DNA from: an uncultured Alphaproteobacteria bacterium
GTDB lineage: Bacteria > Pseudomonadota > Alphaproteobacteria > HIMB59 > GCA-002718135
Direction: 5' to 3'
DNA: 64,000 nt
Assembly (NCBI GenBank): GCA_902630465.1
Contig: CACOVJ010000001.1
Coordinates: 48,319-112,318, forward strand
Position 1 is the stretch's first letter, and each line of letters opens with the position of its first letter. Made by a program: the position numbers and the translations under genes. The notes under the pieces were generated by a model. That model was not told where the DNA came from and did not search any database. It was given only the letters and a program-made list of their open reading frames with translations. This document shows, in pieces, positions 8,928 to 18,631 of this stretch.

Positions 8928-11900
8928 CAGATTTATAGAAAACTATAAAAAGAATAAGAAGTTTCTTGAAGAGAATCATATCTATGACGAAAAAGATGAA
9001 CATTCATCGTGTGGTGTTGGATTAATTGCCTCTTTGGATGGCTCTGAAACAAGAGAAATTGTTGAGTTGGGAGTACAAGCGCTCAGGGTTCTATATCATA
9101 GGGGTGCTGTCGACGCGGATGGTAAAACGGGCGATGGTGCTGGAATTCAATTATCAATACCTAAAGAATTCTTTATAGAAAAAATTGAACGAACAGGACA
9201 TAAACCAAATGATTATCCTTTTGGTGTTGGTATGATTTTTTTACCAAGAACTGATTTTGCCGCACAGGAAAATGCACGTACAATAGTAGAGTCAGAAATA
9301 ATTAGAGAGGGGTTAAAAATATATGGTTGGCGACATGTTCCAATTAATTCTTCGATTATTGGAGATAAGGCTAAAGCTACAAGACCTGAAATAGAACAAA
9401 TACTTATATGTAATGAAGAAATTGAGGATGAAAAAGAATTCGATAATAAACTTTATATAATTAGAAAAAGAATTGAGAAGGAGATAAGAAGTCAGAACAT
9501 ATCAGATTTTTATATTTGCTCACTTTCTTGTCAGTCAATAGTTTATAAAGGAATGTTCTTAGCTGAACAGCTTTCAAATTTTTATCCTGATATACAAAAA
9601 GAAAACTTTATTTCTAGATACGCCGTTTATCATCAAAGATATTCTACGAATACATTCCCTACATGGTCCCTTGCACAACCATTTAGAGTAATTGCTCACA
9701 ATGGAGAAATTAATACACTAAAAGGAAATAAAAATTGGATGTCGGCTCACGAACCTAGAATGCAACATGCAAATTTTGGAAATAATGTTGATGACTTGAA
9801 ACCTATTATAGATTCAAATGCATCTGACTCAGCTGCTTTAGACTCAACAATTGAATTGTTGGTAAAAGCAAATCGTTCCCTTCCAATGGCAAAGATTATG
9901 ACAATTCCTGAAGCTTGGGCTCACAGAAGGGATTTTCCAAAAAAATTAAAAGATTTGTATGCTTATGGTGGTGCTGTTATGGAGCCTTGGGACGGCCCTG
10001 CAGCAATATGTGGAGCTCACGATGATTGGGCAATAGCTGGAATGGATAGAAATGGTTTAAGACCTATTCGTTACACTTTGACAAAAAAACTACTCATCGC
10101 TGGTTCTGAAACAGGTATGGTAAAAGTCAACGAACAAGATGTTGTTGAAAAAGGAAGAGTCGGTCCTGGTCAATTAATAGCAATTAATTTTAAAGAAAAA
10201 AAATTTTATAAAGATCATGAAATTAAGAAATATTTATCAGATACTAAACCATTCGGAAATTGGACTAAAAAAATTACGTATATCGATAAGCTTGTTAAAT
10301 CTACGGACGAAGAATTTAGAGATTTAGACTCAGGTGATCTAAGAAAAAGAATGGCATGTTTTGCATGGTCAGTAGAAGATATTGAATTAATACTCCATCC
10401 CATGATTGCAGAAAAGAAAGAAGCAACTGGATCAATGGGAGACGATACACCTCTTGCTGTCCTTTCAAATAAATACCGTGGCCTTCATCATTTTTTTAGA
10501 CAAAACTTTAGTCAAGTAACAAATCCTCCAATTGACTCTCTTAGAGAAAGAGTTGTTATGAGTCTTAGAACAAGAATAGGAAATTTAAGTAATATTCTTG
10601 ATGAAAATGAAAATCAGTGTGATCATCTCCAGTTGAATTCACCTGTCTTATCTATAGAGCAGTTTAAGTCGATGAGAAAATACATGAAGGATACTGTTAA
10701 GATTATTGATACAACAATGGATAAAACCAATCCTGAAAATAACTTTGAAAGTACAATCTCAAGAATAAATAAAGAAGCTGAACAAGCTGTAAGAGAAGGT
10801 TATGTTCACATTATACTTAGTGATAAAGCAATGTCTAAATCCAGAATTTCTCTTCCAATGATTTTAGTCACTAGCTCTGTTCATCATTATTTAATAAAAA
10901 ACAATCTAAGAACTTTTATATCACTCAATGTTCAGTCAGCAGAATGCCTCGATGTCCACTATTTTGCTGTTCTTATTGGCGTGGGAGCAACAAGTGTAAA
11001 TGCTTATATGGCTCAACAAGCTATAGCTGAAAGGCATAAGAAAGGATTATTTAAAAATTTAACATACGAAGAATGCGTAGAAAGATTTATTAATTCAATA
11101 AACAACGGCTTGCTAAAGACAATGAGTAAAATGGGTATCTCTGTTGTAAATTCCTACCGTGGGGGCTGTAACTTTGAAGCTATCGGTCTTAGTAGAAATT
11201 TAATGAGCAAATATTTTCCATCTATGAGTTCTAAAATTTCAGGAATTGGTATCAGCGGCATAGAAAATAGATCAAGAGAAGCACATGATAAAGCTTATGA
11301 AGAAAATATAATAACTCTACCTATTGGTGGAAATTATCGTTACAGGTTTGGTGGGGAGAAACATGCGTTTGAAGCTCGCTCCATACATATGCTTCAAACT
11401 GCTGTTACTTCAAACAATTATTCTTTATTTAAAAAATATTCTTCAATGGTAGATGACATGGATCCAATTAATATTCGTGATCTTTTAAATTTCAAAAAGA
11501 ACAAAGAGAATAAAAATCTATCAAATAATGTTGAGCCATCTCAAGAAATTAGAAAAAGATTAGTAGCCCCAGGTATTTCCCTTGGTGCATTAAGTCCGGA
11601 AGCACACGAAACATTATCTGTAGCCATGAATAGAATTGGTGCAAAATCTGACTCAGGAGAGGGTGGAGAGGATCCAATCAGATTTAAACCTAAAGCAAAT
11701 GGAGATAATGCATCTTCGAAAATCAAACAAATTGCTAGTGGACGTTTTGGAGTAACAGCTGAGTATTTAAACAACTGTGAAGAAATTGAAATTAAAGTTG
11801 CTCAAGGTGCAAAGCCTGGAGAAGGTGGACAATTACCAGGAGGTAAAGTTACAGGTTTAATTGCGAAATTAAGACATTCAACAGAAGGTGTAACTCTAAT

Positions 11901-13440
11901 TAGTCCACCACCTCATCATGATATCTATTCAATAGAAGATCTTGCTCAACTTATTTATGATTTGAAACAAATAAACCCGAAAGCAAAAGTTTGTGTTAAA
12001 CTTGTTGCACAGTCGGGAATAGGTACTGTCGCTGCTGGAGTGGCAAAAGCAAAAGCAGATACTATTTTAATTTCAGGACATAATGGAGGTACTGGGGCGA
12101 GTCCTCAAACAAGTATTAAATATGCAGGTCTTCCATGGGAGTTAGGTTTAAGTGAAGTTCATCAAGTTTTATCATTAAATAACTTAAGAGATAAAGTTGT
12201 TCTTCGAACAGATGGTGGTTTAAAAACTGGTAAAGACATTGTTATTGCTGCAATGCTTGGAGCTGAAGAATACGGTATTGGTACAGCTAGTTTAGTTGCA
12301 ATGGGTTGTATAATGGTAAGACAATGCCATTCTAATACTTGTCCAGTTGGAGTATGTTCTCAAGATGAAAAATTAAGACAAAAGTTTACTGGTACACCTG
12401 AAAAAGTTATTAATTTATTTAGTTTTATTGCTGAAGAAGTAAGAGAAATATTATCTAATCTTGGTTTTAATTCTTTAGATGAAGTTGTTGGAAGGTCAGA
12501 TCTTCTTTATCAGGTAAGCAGAGGAAGTTCAGATCTTGATGACCTTGATCTTAACCCAATCATTCAAACAATTGATTCATCTGTAGGAGATTTTAATAGT
12601 AAAAAAAATACAATTAATAAAGTAAGCGATAGTTTGGATTTAAAAATTATACAAGATTCAAAGTCATTTTTTGATAATAATCATAAAATTGAATTAAACT
12701 ATAATATTCAAAACACAGATAGAGCAATTGGAACTAGATTAGCTTCTGAGATTACAACTACAAAAGGGATGAGCACTCTTAATGAAGATTTCTTTACTGT
12801 AAACTTTCATGGGTCAGCTGGTCAATCTTTTGGCGCATGGAGTGTACAAGGTACTACCCTAAGAGTTTATGGAGATGCTAATGATTATGTTGCAAAAGGA
12901 TTATCTGGAGGTAAGATTGTTATCCAACCAAGTTCGTCATCAACACTTCCAACAAATAAAAATGTAATTATAGGAAATACTATTCTATATGGTGCAACTA
13001 GTGGTAAATTATTTGCTGCTGGAACTGCAGGAGATAGATTTGGTGTAAGAAATTCTGGTGCGCATGCAGTTATAGAAGGTTGCGGAGATAATGGCTGTGA
13101 ATACATGACTGGGGGAAGTGCCGTTATCCTTGGTGAAGTTGGAAACAATTTTGGAGCAGGAATGACAGGTGGTATGGCATTTGTTTACGATAAAGAAGGA
13201 ACATTACCTCTTAGAATTAATCTTGAAGATATTTTTTATCAGCAACAAATGACAAATTATTGGGAACAAATATTAACTCAAAAAATTGAAGAGCATGTCA
13301 AAGAGACAAACTCTAAATATGCTCAAAATATCTTAGATAACTGGGATAATGAAAAATTATTATTCTGGCAGATTGTTCCAAAAGAAATGATTAATAAATT
13401 TGATCAACCAGTTTTAATTAAAGAAGAAAAATCAGCTTAA
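8920..13440 (+). CDS. gltB: Glutamate synthase (NADPH) large subunit
   Basis: Propeptide then CGVG catalytic Cys; HQRYSTNTFP, EPWDGPA, AQGAKPGEGGQLPG, PPPHHDIYSIEDLAQLI and CIMVRQCHSNTCPVG (3Fe-4S). Confidence 0.98.
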   Translation: MPNRFIENYKKNKKFLEENHIYDEKDEHSSCGVGLIASLDGSETREIVELGVQALRVLYHRGAVDADGKTGDGAGIQLSIPKEFFIEKIERTGHKPNDYPFGVGMIFLPRTDFAAQENARTIVESEIIREGLKIYGWRHVPINSSIIGDKAKATRPEIEQILICNEEIEDEKEFDNKLYIIRKRIEKEIRSQNISDFYICSLSCQSIVYKGMFLAEQLSNFYPDIQKENFISRYAVYHQRYSTNTFPTWSLAQPFRVIAHNGEINTLKGNKNWMSAHEPRMQHANFGNNVDDLKPIIDSNASDSAALDSTIELLVKANRSLPMAKIMTIPEAWAHRRDFPKKLKDLYAYGGAVMEPWDGPAAICGAHDDWAIAGMDRNGLRPIRYTLTKKLLIAGSETGMVKVNEQDVVEKGRVGPGQLIAINFKEKKFYKDHEIKKYLSDTKPFGNWTKKITYIDKLVKSTDEEFRDLDSGDLRKRMACFAWSVEDIELILHPMIAEKKEATGSMGDDTPLAVLSNKYRGLHHFFRQNFSQVTNPPIDSLRERVVMSLRTRIGNLSNILDENENQCDHLQLNSPVLSIEQFKSMRKYMKDTVKIIDTTMDKTNPENNFESTISRINKEAEQAVREGYVHIILSDKAMSKSRISLPMILVTSSVHHYLIKNNLRTFISLNVQSAECLDVHYFAVLIGVGATSVNAYMAQQAIAERHKKGLFKNLTYEECVERFINSINNGLLKTMSKMGISVVNSYRGGCNFEAIGLSRNLMSKYFPSMSSKISGIGISGIENRSREAHDKAYEENIITLPIGGNYRYRFGGEKHAFEARSIHMLQTAVTSNNYSLFKKYSSMVDDMDPINIRDLLNFKKNKENKNLSNNVEPSQEIRKRLVAPGISLGALSPEAHETLSVAMNRIGAKSDSGEGGEDPIRFKPKANGDNASSKIKQIASGRFGVTAEYLNNCEEIEIKVAQGAKPGEGGQLPGGKVTGLIAKLRHSTEGVTLISPPPHHDIYSIEDLAQLIYDLKQINPKAKVCVKLVAQSGIGTVAAGVAKAKADTILISGHNGGTGASPQTSIKYAGLPWELGLSEVHQVLSLNNLRDKVVLRTDGGLKTGKDIVIAAMLGAEEYGIGTASLVAMGCIMVRQCHSNTCPVGVCSQDEKLRQKFTGTPEKVINLFSFIAEEVREILSNLGFNSLDEVVGRSDLLYQVSRGSSDLDDLDLNPIIQTIDSSVGDFNSKKNTINKVSDSLDLKIIQDSKSFFDNNHKIELNYNIQNTDRAIGTRLASEITTTKGMSTLNEDFFTVNFHGSAGQSFGAWSVQGTTLRVYGDANDYVAKGLSGGKIVIQPSSSSTLPTNKNVIIGNTILYGATSGKLFAAGTAGDRFGVRNSGAHAVIEGCGDNGCEYMTGGSAVILGEVGNNFGAGMTGGMAFVYDKEGTLPLRINLEDIFYQQQMTNYWEQILTQKIEEHVKETNSKYAQNILDNWDNEKLLFWQIVPKEMINKFDQPVLIKEEKSA

Positions 13441-14171
13441 CTTTTTTTAATTACAGAAGTAATAGATTCATTAATTACCTTTAGATCAAAACGTTCAGAC
13501 AATCGATGATCACTGTTTTTTAGTAGTTTAATTTGTATTTCATTCCCTTTTACTTTTTTAACTATTTTTTCTGGAATATCTGGCTTAACGACATTATCTT
13601 TTAAACCTTGTATTAATATTAATGGCTTGTTCCATTTAAATTCTTTGTTTAAAATTTTATTTTTTCTTCCATCAATAATATATTTCTTTTTTACAAGATA
13701 ACTAAAGCCATAAGAAGAATATCTAATAAACCCTTTTTTATTCAACTCTATTTTTTTCTTTGTAGAAAGATCATTGTAAAATTCGTCTATATAATCCGGG
13801 GCAGCTGCAAGTCCTACCATACCAGCTACTCGTGATGGTCTTGCCTTAGCTGCTAGGAACATTAACCATCCTCCCATACTACTTCCAACAAGTATTTGAG
13901 GACCTCTAGCTATATTATCTAGAACATCGATTAAATCTTTTTTCCAATCAGAGATTGTAAAATCTTCAAATTTTCCACTAGATTTGCCATGACCTCGGCA
14001 CTCAAAACGAATAAAACGAAGCTTATTTTTGATAGCATATCTCTCAATAGATAACGCTTTCTTGCCACTCATATCAGAATTTAATCCATGGATAAAAATG
14101 ATTCCAGGGGATTTACCTCTAATTAATTTATAATGGATTTTTTCTTTTTTCTTATTAAAAAAGTAAGCCAT
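13437..14171 (-). CDS. Alpha/beta hydrolase (ABHD10-like)
   Basis: GSSMGG nucleophile elbow, GHGKSSG and DHRLS His motif. Confidence 0.85.
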   Translation of the reverse strand: MAYFFNKKKEKIHYKLIRGKSPGIIFIHGLNSDMSGKKALSIERYAIKNKLRFIRFECRGHGKSSGKFEDFTISDWKKDLIDVLDNIARGPQILVGSSMGGWLMFLAAKARPSRVAGMVGLAAAPDYIDEFYNDLSTKKKIELNKKGFIRYSSYGFSYLVKKKYIIDGRKNKILNKEFKWNKPLILIQGLKDNVVKPDIPEKIVKKVKGNEIQIKLLKNSDHRLSERFDLKVINESITSVIKKS

Positions 14172-14200
14172 GTTTGATACAAATACTTATATTTAATAAA

Positions 14201-15328
14201 ATGTCATCATTTAATGTTGTTCAAATAATTCCTTCTTTAGAATCTGGTGGCGCAGAAAGAGGTACTATTGACGTTTCTAATTATTTATCTGAATTAGGAA
14301 TCAACAATAATATAATTTCTAACGGGGGACGTTTATTAAATGAAACTGATAAAAATTTTACAAATCATTTTAAACTACCAGTTGACTCTAAAAATTTTAT
14401 AACTTTCCCATTCATAGCGGATAAAATAAATAAATTAATTAGTAAAAATAATATAAATATTGCCCACATTCGATCAAGAGGTCCTGCTTGGATATTAAGA
14501 TTTGCTGACACAAAAAATATTAAAACAATCTCAACTTTTCATAATGTTTATTCTGGAACATCATTTTTAAAAAAATTTTATAACAAACAACTCGCTAATG
14601 CTGATAAAGTTATTGCTATTTCTAATTATGTTAAAAATGAAATAATTAACAAATACAAAATACATAAAGAAAAAGTTGAGGTTATAAATAGAGGCGTAGA
14701 TGTAGATTACTATGATAAAAAAATTCCTGATGATAAGATTAAAGCTTTTTTAAATAAAAATTCAATTAATCCTAATAAAAATTTAATTCTTTACCCTGCA
14801 AGATTAACTAATTGGAAAGGTCATCTTGAGTTTTTAGATGTGTTTAAAAAAATAAATGACGATAATTATTTTTTATATTTTGTTGGGGATACTAAAAATC
14901 AATCTTATTCTAAAAGAGTTCAAAATAAAATTAATGAGCTTAATCTAACTAATAATTGTAAAATTTTAGGAAATCTTAACAAAGATGATTTAAAAACTAT
15001 GTACTTTTTATCTTCAATAATTGTATCATTACCCATTCAATCAGAGGGATTTGGTAGAATAGTTGGTGAAGCAATTGTTATGAGAAAAAAAATTTTAGCA
15101 TTTAATTATGGGGGTGTTAAAGATCAGCTGAACGGTTTGGATGAAATCTATAAAGCTGAACCATTAATATACGATAATCTTCACTTAAAACTTCAGGAAC
15201 TTATAGATATAGATAATGAGAAATTTTTAAATATATCAAATAATAGCAGAAAGCACATAATTAATAATTTCTCAAAAGAACAGATGGTAAAAAAATATCT
15301 TAATTTATATGAAAAAATTTCAATATAA
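14201..15328 (+). CDS. Glycosyltransferase family 4
   Basis: SGGAERG, HIRSRGPAW and EGFGRIVGEA motifs. ATG at 14201 preferred over TTG at 14174. Confidence 0.88.
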   Translation: MSSFNVVQIIPSLESGGAERGTIDVSNYLSELGINNNIISNGGRLLNETDKNFTNHFKLPVDSKNFITFPFIADKINKLISKNNINIAHIRSRGPAWILRFADTKNIKTISTFHNVYSGTSFLKKFYNKQLANADKVIAISNYVKNEIINKYKIHKEKVEVINRGVDVDYYDKKIPDDKIKAFLNKNSINPNKNLILYPARLTNWKGHLEFLDVFKKINDDNYFLYFVGDTKNQSYSKRVQNKINELNLTNNCKILGNLNKDDLKTMYFLSSIIVSLPIQSEGFGRIVGEAIVMRKKILAFNYGGVKDQLNGLDEIYKAEPLIYDNLHLKLQELIDIDNEKFLNISNNSRKHIINNFSKEQMVKKYLNLYEKISI

Positions 15329-16244
15329 TAATATTTTAGTTGTGAAGCATGGCTCTCTTGGTGATATAGCTTTTTCATTGCTGGCTATGGAAACAATTAG
15401 AAAATATTTCAATGATAAAAAAATAGATTTAATCACAGAGAGTAAATATGCTAATTTTTTAAAGAAATCAGGTAATTTTAATTCAATTATAGAGGATAAT
15501 CGAAAAGGATTTTTAAATACTCTAAAGGTAATATTCAAAATTTATAAAAATAAATATGACTTAATCATTGATCTCCAGAATTCAAAGAGAACTAATTGTT
15601 ACTGGTTGTTATTAAGGTATTTTTCTAAAAGTAAAATTAATGGATCGAGATCAAATTGTAATATCAGGTATACAATACCTATCCAAGGAACTGAGTCTCC
15701 TCAAAAAGGTTTATATAATCAACTAAAACTATTAGGTATAAATGAAATATCAGATGATCTTGGATGGCTTTTAAGAAATACAGATAAAATATTAGAAGAT
15801 AAACTAATAATGTTTATTCCCGGCGTATCAAAGTCAGGAAAATACAAACAGTGGTCTTCAAAAAAATTTGCAGAACTTGCAAAAATTCTTGAAAATAAAA
15901 GTTTTAAAATTTGTGTTGTAGGACAGGATAGTGATAAGGAAATAACATCTATAATAAAGAAAAATTGTAGAAATATTATTGATTTAACAGGTAAATCACC
16001 ACCTGAAATTATTTATTCAATTGCAAAAAAAAGCCATTTAGTTGTAAGTAACGATACCGGACCTGGTCACATTGCAGCTTTAAGTAAAACAAACACATTG
16101 TTTTTAGCTCTTGATAATATTATTTCTAAATCAAACCTATCAGAGTATAAAAATGCATTTAATATACTTTGTGATTCTATGGATAAAATATTAGTTGATG
16201 ATGTTCTAAAATATTTAAATGAAAATAAACTAATTAATGAATGA
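15309..16244 (+). CDS. Glycosyltransferase family 9 (heptosyltransferase-like)
   Basis: KHGSLGD, DLIIDLQ, KQWS and VSNDTGPGHIAA motifs. Confidence 0.88.
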   Translation: MKKFQYNNILVVKHGSLGDIAFSLLAMETIRKYFNDKKIDLITESKYANFLKKSGNFNSIIEDNRKGFLNTLKVIFKIYKNKYDLIIDLQNSKRTNCYWLLLRYFSKSKINGSRSNCNIRYTIPIQGTESPQKGLYNQLKLLGINEISDDLGWLLRNTDKILEDKLIMFIPGVSKSGKYKQWSSKKFAELAKILENKSFKICVVGQDSDKEITSIIKKNCRNIIDLTGKSPPEIIYSIAKKSHLVVSNDTGPGHIAALSKTNTLFLALDNIISKSNLSEYKNAFNILCDSMDKILVDDVLKYLNENKLINE

Positions 16245-17237
16245 AATTAATTTTTCTTCCAAATTATCATCATTAAATTTAAATTTTGTATAATTTTTTT
16301 TCCAAGGCGCATATTCCTGTGCAATCATTTCTGGTAAATTATCAGCATCATAAATTACACAAAGATTACAATCTGTAAGTGAAGCTATATGGGTACAACC
16401 ACATTCTGGTGTAATTACATAGGCTGAAGAATTTATAATTGACGTCCAGTTATGAAAGTCAAGTTCTTCTAAAATTAATATTTCGTTAATATCTCTAAGA
16501 TTTCTGAAAGCATCATTGTTAATTTTTTTATATTTTTTATAAATTTTATTAAAAACTTGTTTAGAAGATTGATCACTAGACATAACTATATTTTTTCCAG
16601 TATTTTTAAATTTATTTAATAAATTAATAAACTGATCTTCTAAGAAATATCTATTTATCCATTTTGAAGAAAGATGGATCAAGCATATTTCTTTTTGACC
16701 ATAATTTCTTTTATCAAATTGAAATAAAGTATTAATTAATTCATTTTCTAAAAGCTTTAAGCCACTTTGTCTGACTAATTCTTGCATTAATTCACTTTGA
16801 TTAATTGATTTTTTTTGCCTAAAGTATGAATTTCTATCTACTATTTTGATGTTGTTAAAAAAGAGTTTGCATAGTGTTCTCTCAAATAGCTTACTACGTA
16901 TTCCTGATTTATATCTGGATAGTAATATTAGAACTGACTTAGTTTTACTTTTAGAAAGTATTGATATTATAATACTTTTCCATCCTGGACTAAATGAGTA
17001 TAGATAATCATAATTTTGTTTTCTTATATTTCTAATATTATTCCATATATTGGAAACTTTTTTATTTAATAAAAATATTTTATTTATAACTGAAAGATTA
17101 TTACAGACTCTCAAATTATTATCTGAGCACACAACATCAATTATATATTTTTCATTTGCTTTTTTTAAACCTTGAATAACAGGAAGAGTGAGTAGCATAT
17201 CCCCCATTTTATCTATTCTAACAACACAAATTTTCAT
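16230..17237 (-). CDS. Divergent glycosyltransferase family 9 protein
   Basis: RIDKMGDMLLTLP N-terminal motif and ITPECGCTHIAS (variant of DSGPxH). Confidence 0.7.
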   Translation of the reverse strand: MKICVVRIDKMGDMLLTLPVIQGLKKANEKYIIDVVCSDNNLRVCNNLSVINKIFLLNKKVSNIWNNIRNIRKQNYDYLYSFSPGWKSIIISILSKSKTKSVLILLSRYKSGIRSKLFERTLCKLFFNNIKIVDRNSYFRQKKSINQSELMQELVRQSGLKLLENELINTLFQFDKRNYGQKEICLIHLSSKWINRYFLEDQFINLLNKFKNTGKNIVMSSDQSSKQVFNKIYKKYKKINNDAFRNLRDINEILILEELDFHNWTSIINSSAYVITPECGCTHIASLTDCNLCVIYDADNLPEMIAQEYAPWKKNYTKFKFNDDNLEEKLISFIN

Positions 17238-17389
17238 AAATTTATCAAAATAGTTTTAATCAATACAATTCTTTTTTAAATCAGGCCTTGAATTTAATTT
17301 CATTTGAGATTATATCCTAACAAAATATGAAAAAAGACTTAATTTCCTAATATGCTATTAAATAATAGCTACAACACAATCTCAATATA

Positions 17390-17932
17390 ATTTTGGCTGT
17401 AAATTTTAAAGCGAAGAAAGATATTGGTCCTAGAATCAATGAGAAAATTACTGCTAGTGAGGTAAGACTTATATCTAGTAATGGCAAACAACTTGGTATT
17501 TTAAGTATTCGTGAAGCTCTGATACAGGCTGAAGACGAAGGCTTTGACCTAGTTGAAGTTTCTCCTGAAGCAAATCCACCAGTTTGTAAAATAATAGATT
17601 ATGGAAAGCTTAAATATAGGGAACAGAAAAGTAAAAAAGAGGCAAAGAAAAAACAAAAAACAATAGAAGTAAAGGAGATCAAAATGAGGCCTGGAATTGA
17701 TACTCATGATTATAATGTCAAAGTAAAGGCTCTTTCTAAGTTTATTAGTGGTGGCAATAAGGTAAAGGTTTCTATGCGTTTTAAAGGAAGAGAAATGGAA
17801 CACCAGAATTTAGGCTTTGATTTATTAAGGAAATTAACAACTGAGGTTGAAGAATACGCTAAAGTAGAGGTTGCGCCTAAATTTGAAGGAAAGCAGATAA
17901 TGATGATATTAGTACCCCAAGTTGCAAAATAG
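17390..17932 (+). CDS. infC: Translation initiation factor IF-3
   Basis: RINEKI, DLVEVSP, PPVCKIIDYGK, KEIKMRP and FKGREM motifs. No in-frame ATG at the 5' end; ATA-ATT-TTG codons at 17387-17395, so the start is ATT 17390 or TTG 17393. Confidence 0.96.
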   Translation: MLAVNFKAKKDIGPRINEKITASEVRLISSNGKQLGILSIREALIQAEDEGFDLVEVSPEANPPVCKIIDYGKLKYREQKSKKEAKKKQKTIEVKEIKMRPGIDTHDYNVKVKALSKFISGGNKVKVSMRFKGREMEHQNLGFDLLRKLTTEVEEYAKVEVAPKFEGKQIMMILVPQVAK

Positions 17933-17942
17933 ACTCTAATCA

Positions 17943-17970
17943 TTGCAAAAAAAAATATTTTTAGTATAAG
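17943..17970 (+). promoter_or_regulatory. Putative sigma70-type promoter for rpmI-rplT
   Basis: TTGCAA-N16-TATAAG just upstream of the GC-rich leader hairpin. Confidence 0.4.
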
Positions 17971-17980
17971 CCCATCAAAC

Positions 17981-18009
17981 TTGTTATGGCCTGCGGGGCA
18001 GCCTAACGG
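17981..18009 (+). promoter_or_regulatory. GC-rich hairpin in the rpmI leader (candidate ribosomal-protein autoregulatory leader)
   Basis: TTGTTA-T-GGC-C-TGC-GGG-GCA-GCC-TAACGG folds into an extended stem; SD AAGGAG at 18025-18030. Confidence 0.5.
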
Positions 18010-18036
18010 TGCAATATATTATTAAAGGAGTTAACA

Positions 18037-18237
18037 ATGCCCAAGCTTAAAACTAAAAGTAGTTTAAAGAAAAGATTCTCTAGAACTGGAACAGGAAAAA
18101 TAAAATTTAAACCTGCTGGAAAAAGACATGGAATGAGTAAACGTTCCAATAAATTCATACGTAACACAAAAAGATCTGCAATAATGTCACCCGGTGACTC
18201 CGCTTTGATTGATCACATGTTACCATACAACAAGTAA
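18037..18237 (+). CDS. rpmI: 50S ribosomal protein L35
   Basis: [14 protein letters not shown]...LPY; 66 aa; strong SD. Confidence 0.97.
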   Translation: MPKLKTKSSLKKRFSRTGTGKIKFKPAGKRHGMSKRSNKFIRNTKRSAIMSPGDSALIDHMLPYNK

Positions 18238-18249
18238 GGAAGGTTAGTT

Positions 18250-18603
18250 ATGGCAAGAGTATCAAGAGGTGTTACATCAAGAGCAAGACACAAAAAAGTT
18301 ATTAAAAGAGCAAAAGGATATTACGGTAGACGAAAAAATGTTTTCAGAGTTGCCGTACAAGCTGTTGAAAGAGGTATGCAATATGCTTACAGAGATCGAA
18401 AAAAAAGAAAAAGTGATTTTCGTGGGCTTTGGATACAGAGAATTAATGCAGGTGTTCGTTTATACGGTCTAACATATTCTCAGTTTATTTCTGGCTTAAA
18501 AAAATCATCTATTGAGATTGATAGAAAGATCTTAGCAGATCTCGCAGTAAATCAACCTGATGCTTTTAAAGCGCTAGTTGATAAAGCTCAATCTGCTAGA
18601 TAA
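18250..18603 (+). CDS. rplT: 50S ribosomal protein L20
   Basis: [28 protein letters not shown] and DRKILADLA motifs. Confidence 0.98.
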   Translation: MARVSRGVTSRARHKKVIKRAKGYYGRRKNVFRVAVQAVERGMQYAYRDRKKRKSDFRGLWIQRINAGVRLYGLTYSQFISGLKKSSIEIDRKILADLAVNQPDAFKALVDKAQSAR

Positions 18604-18631
18604 ATTCTATTAATAAAATATAATAGATTAA

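Noticed and set aside
7482..13440. gltD placed before gltB as an unusual order
   Set aside because: gltD-gltB is a known order in alphaproteobacteria such as Azospirillum.
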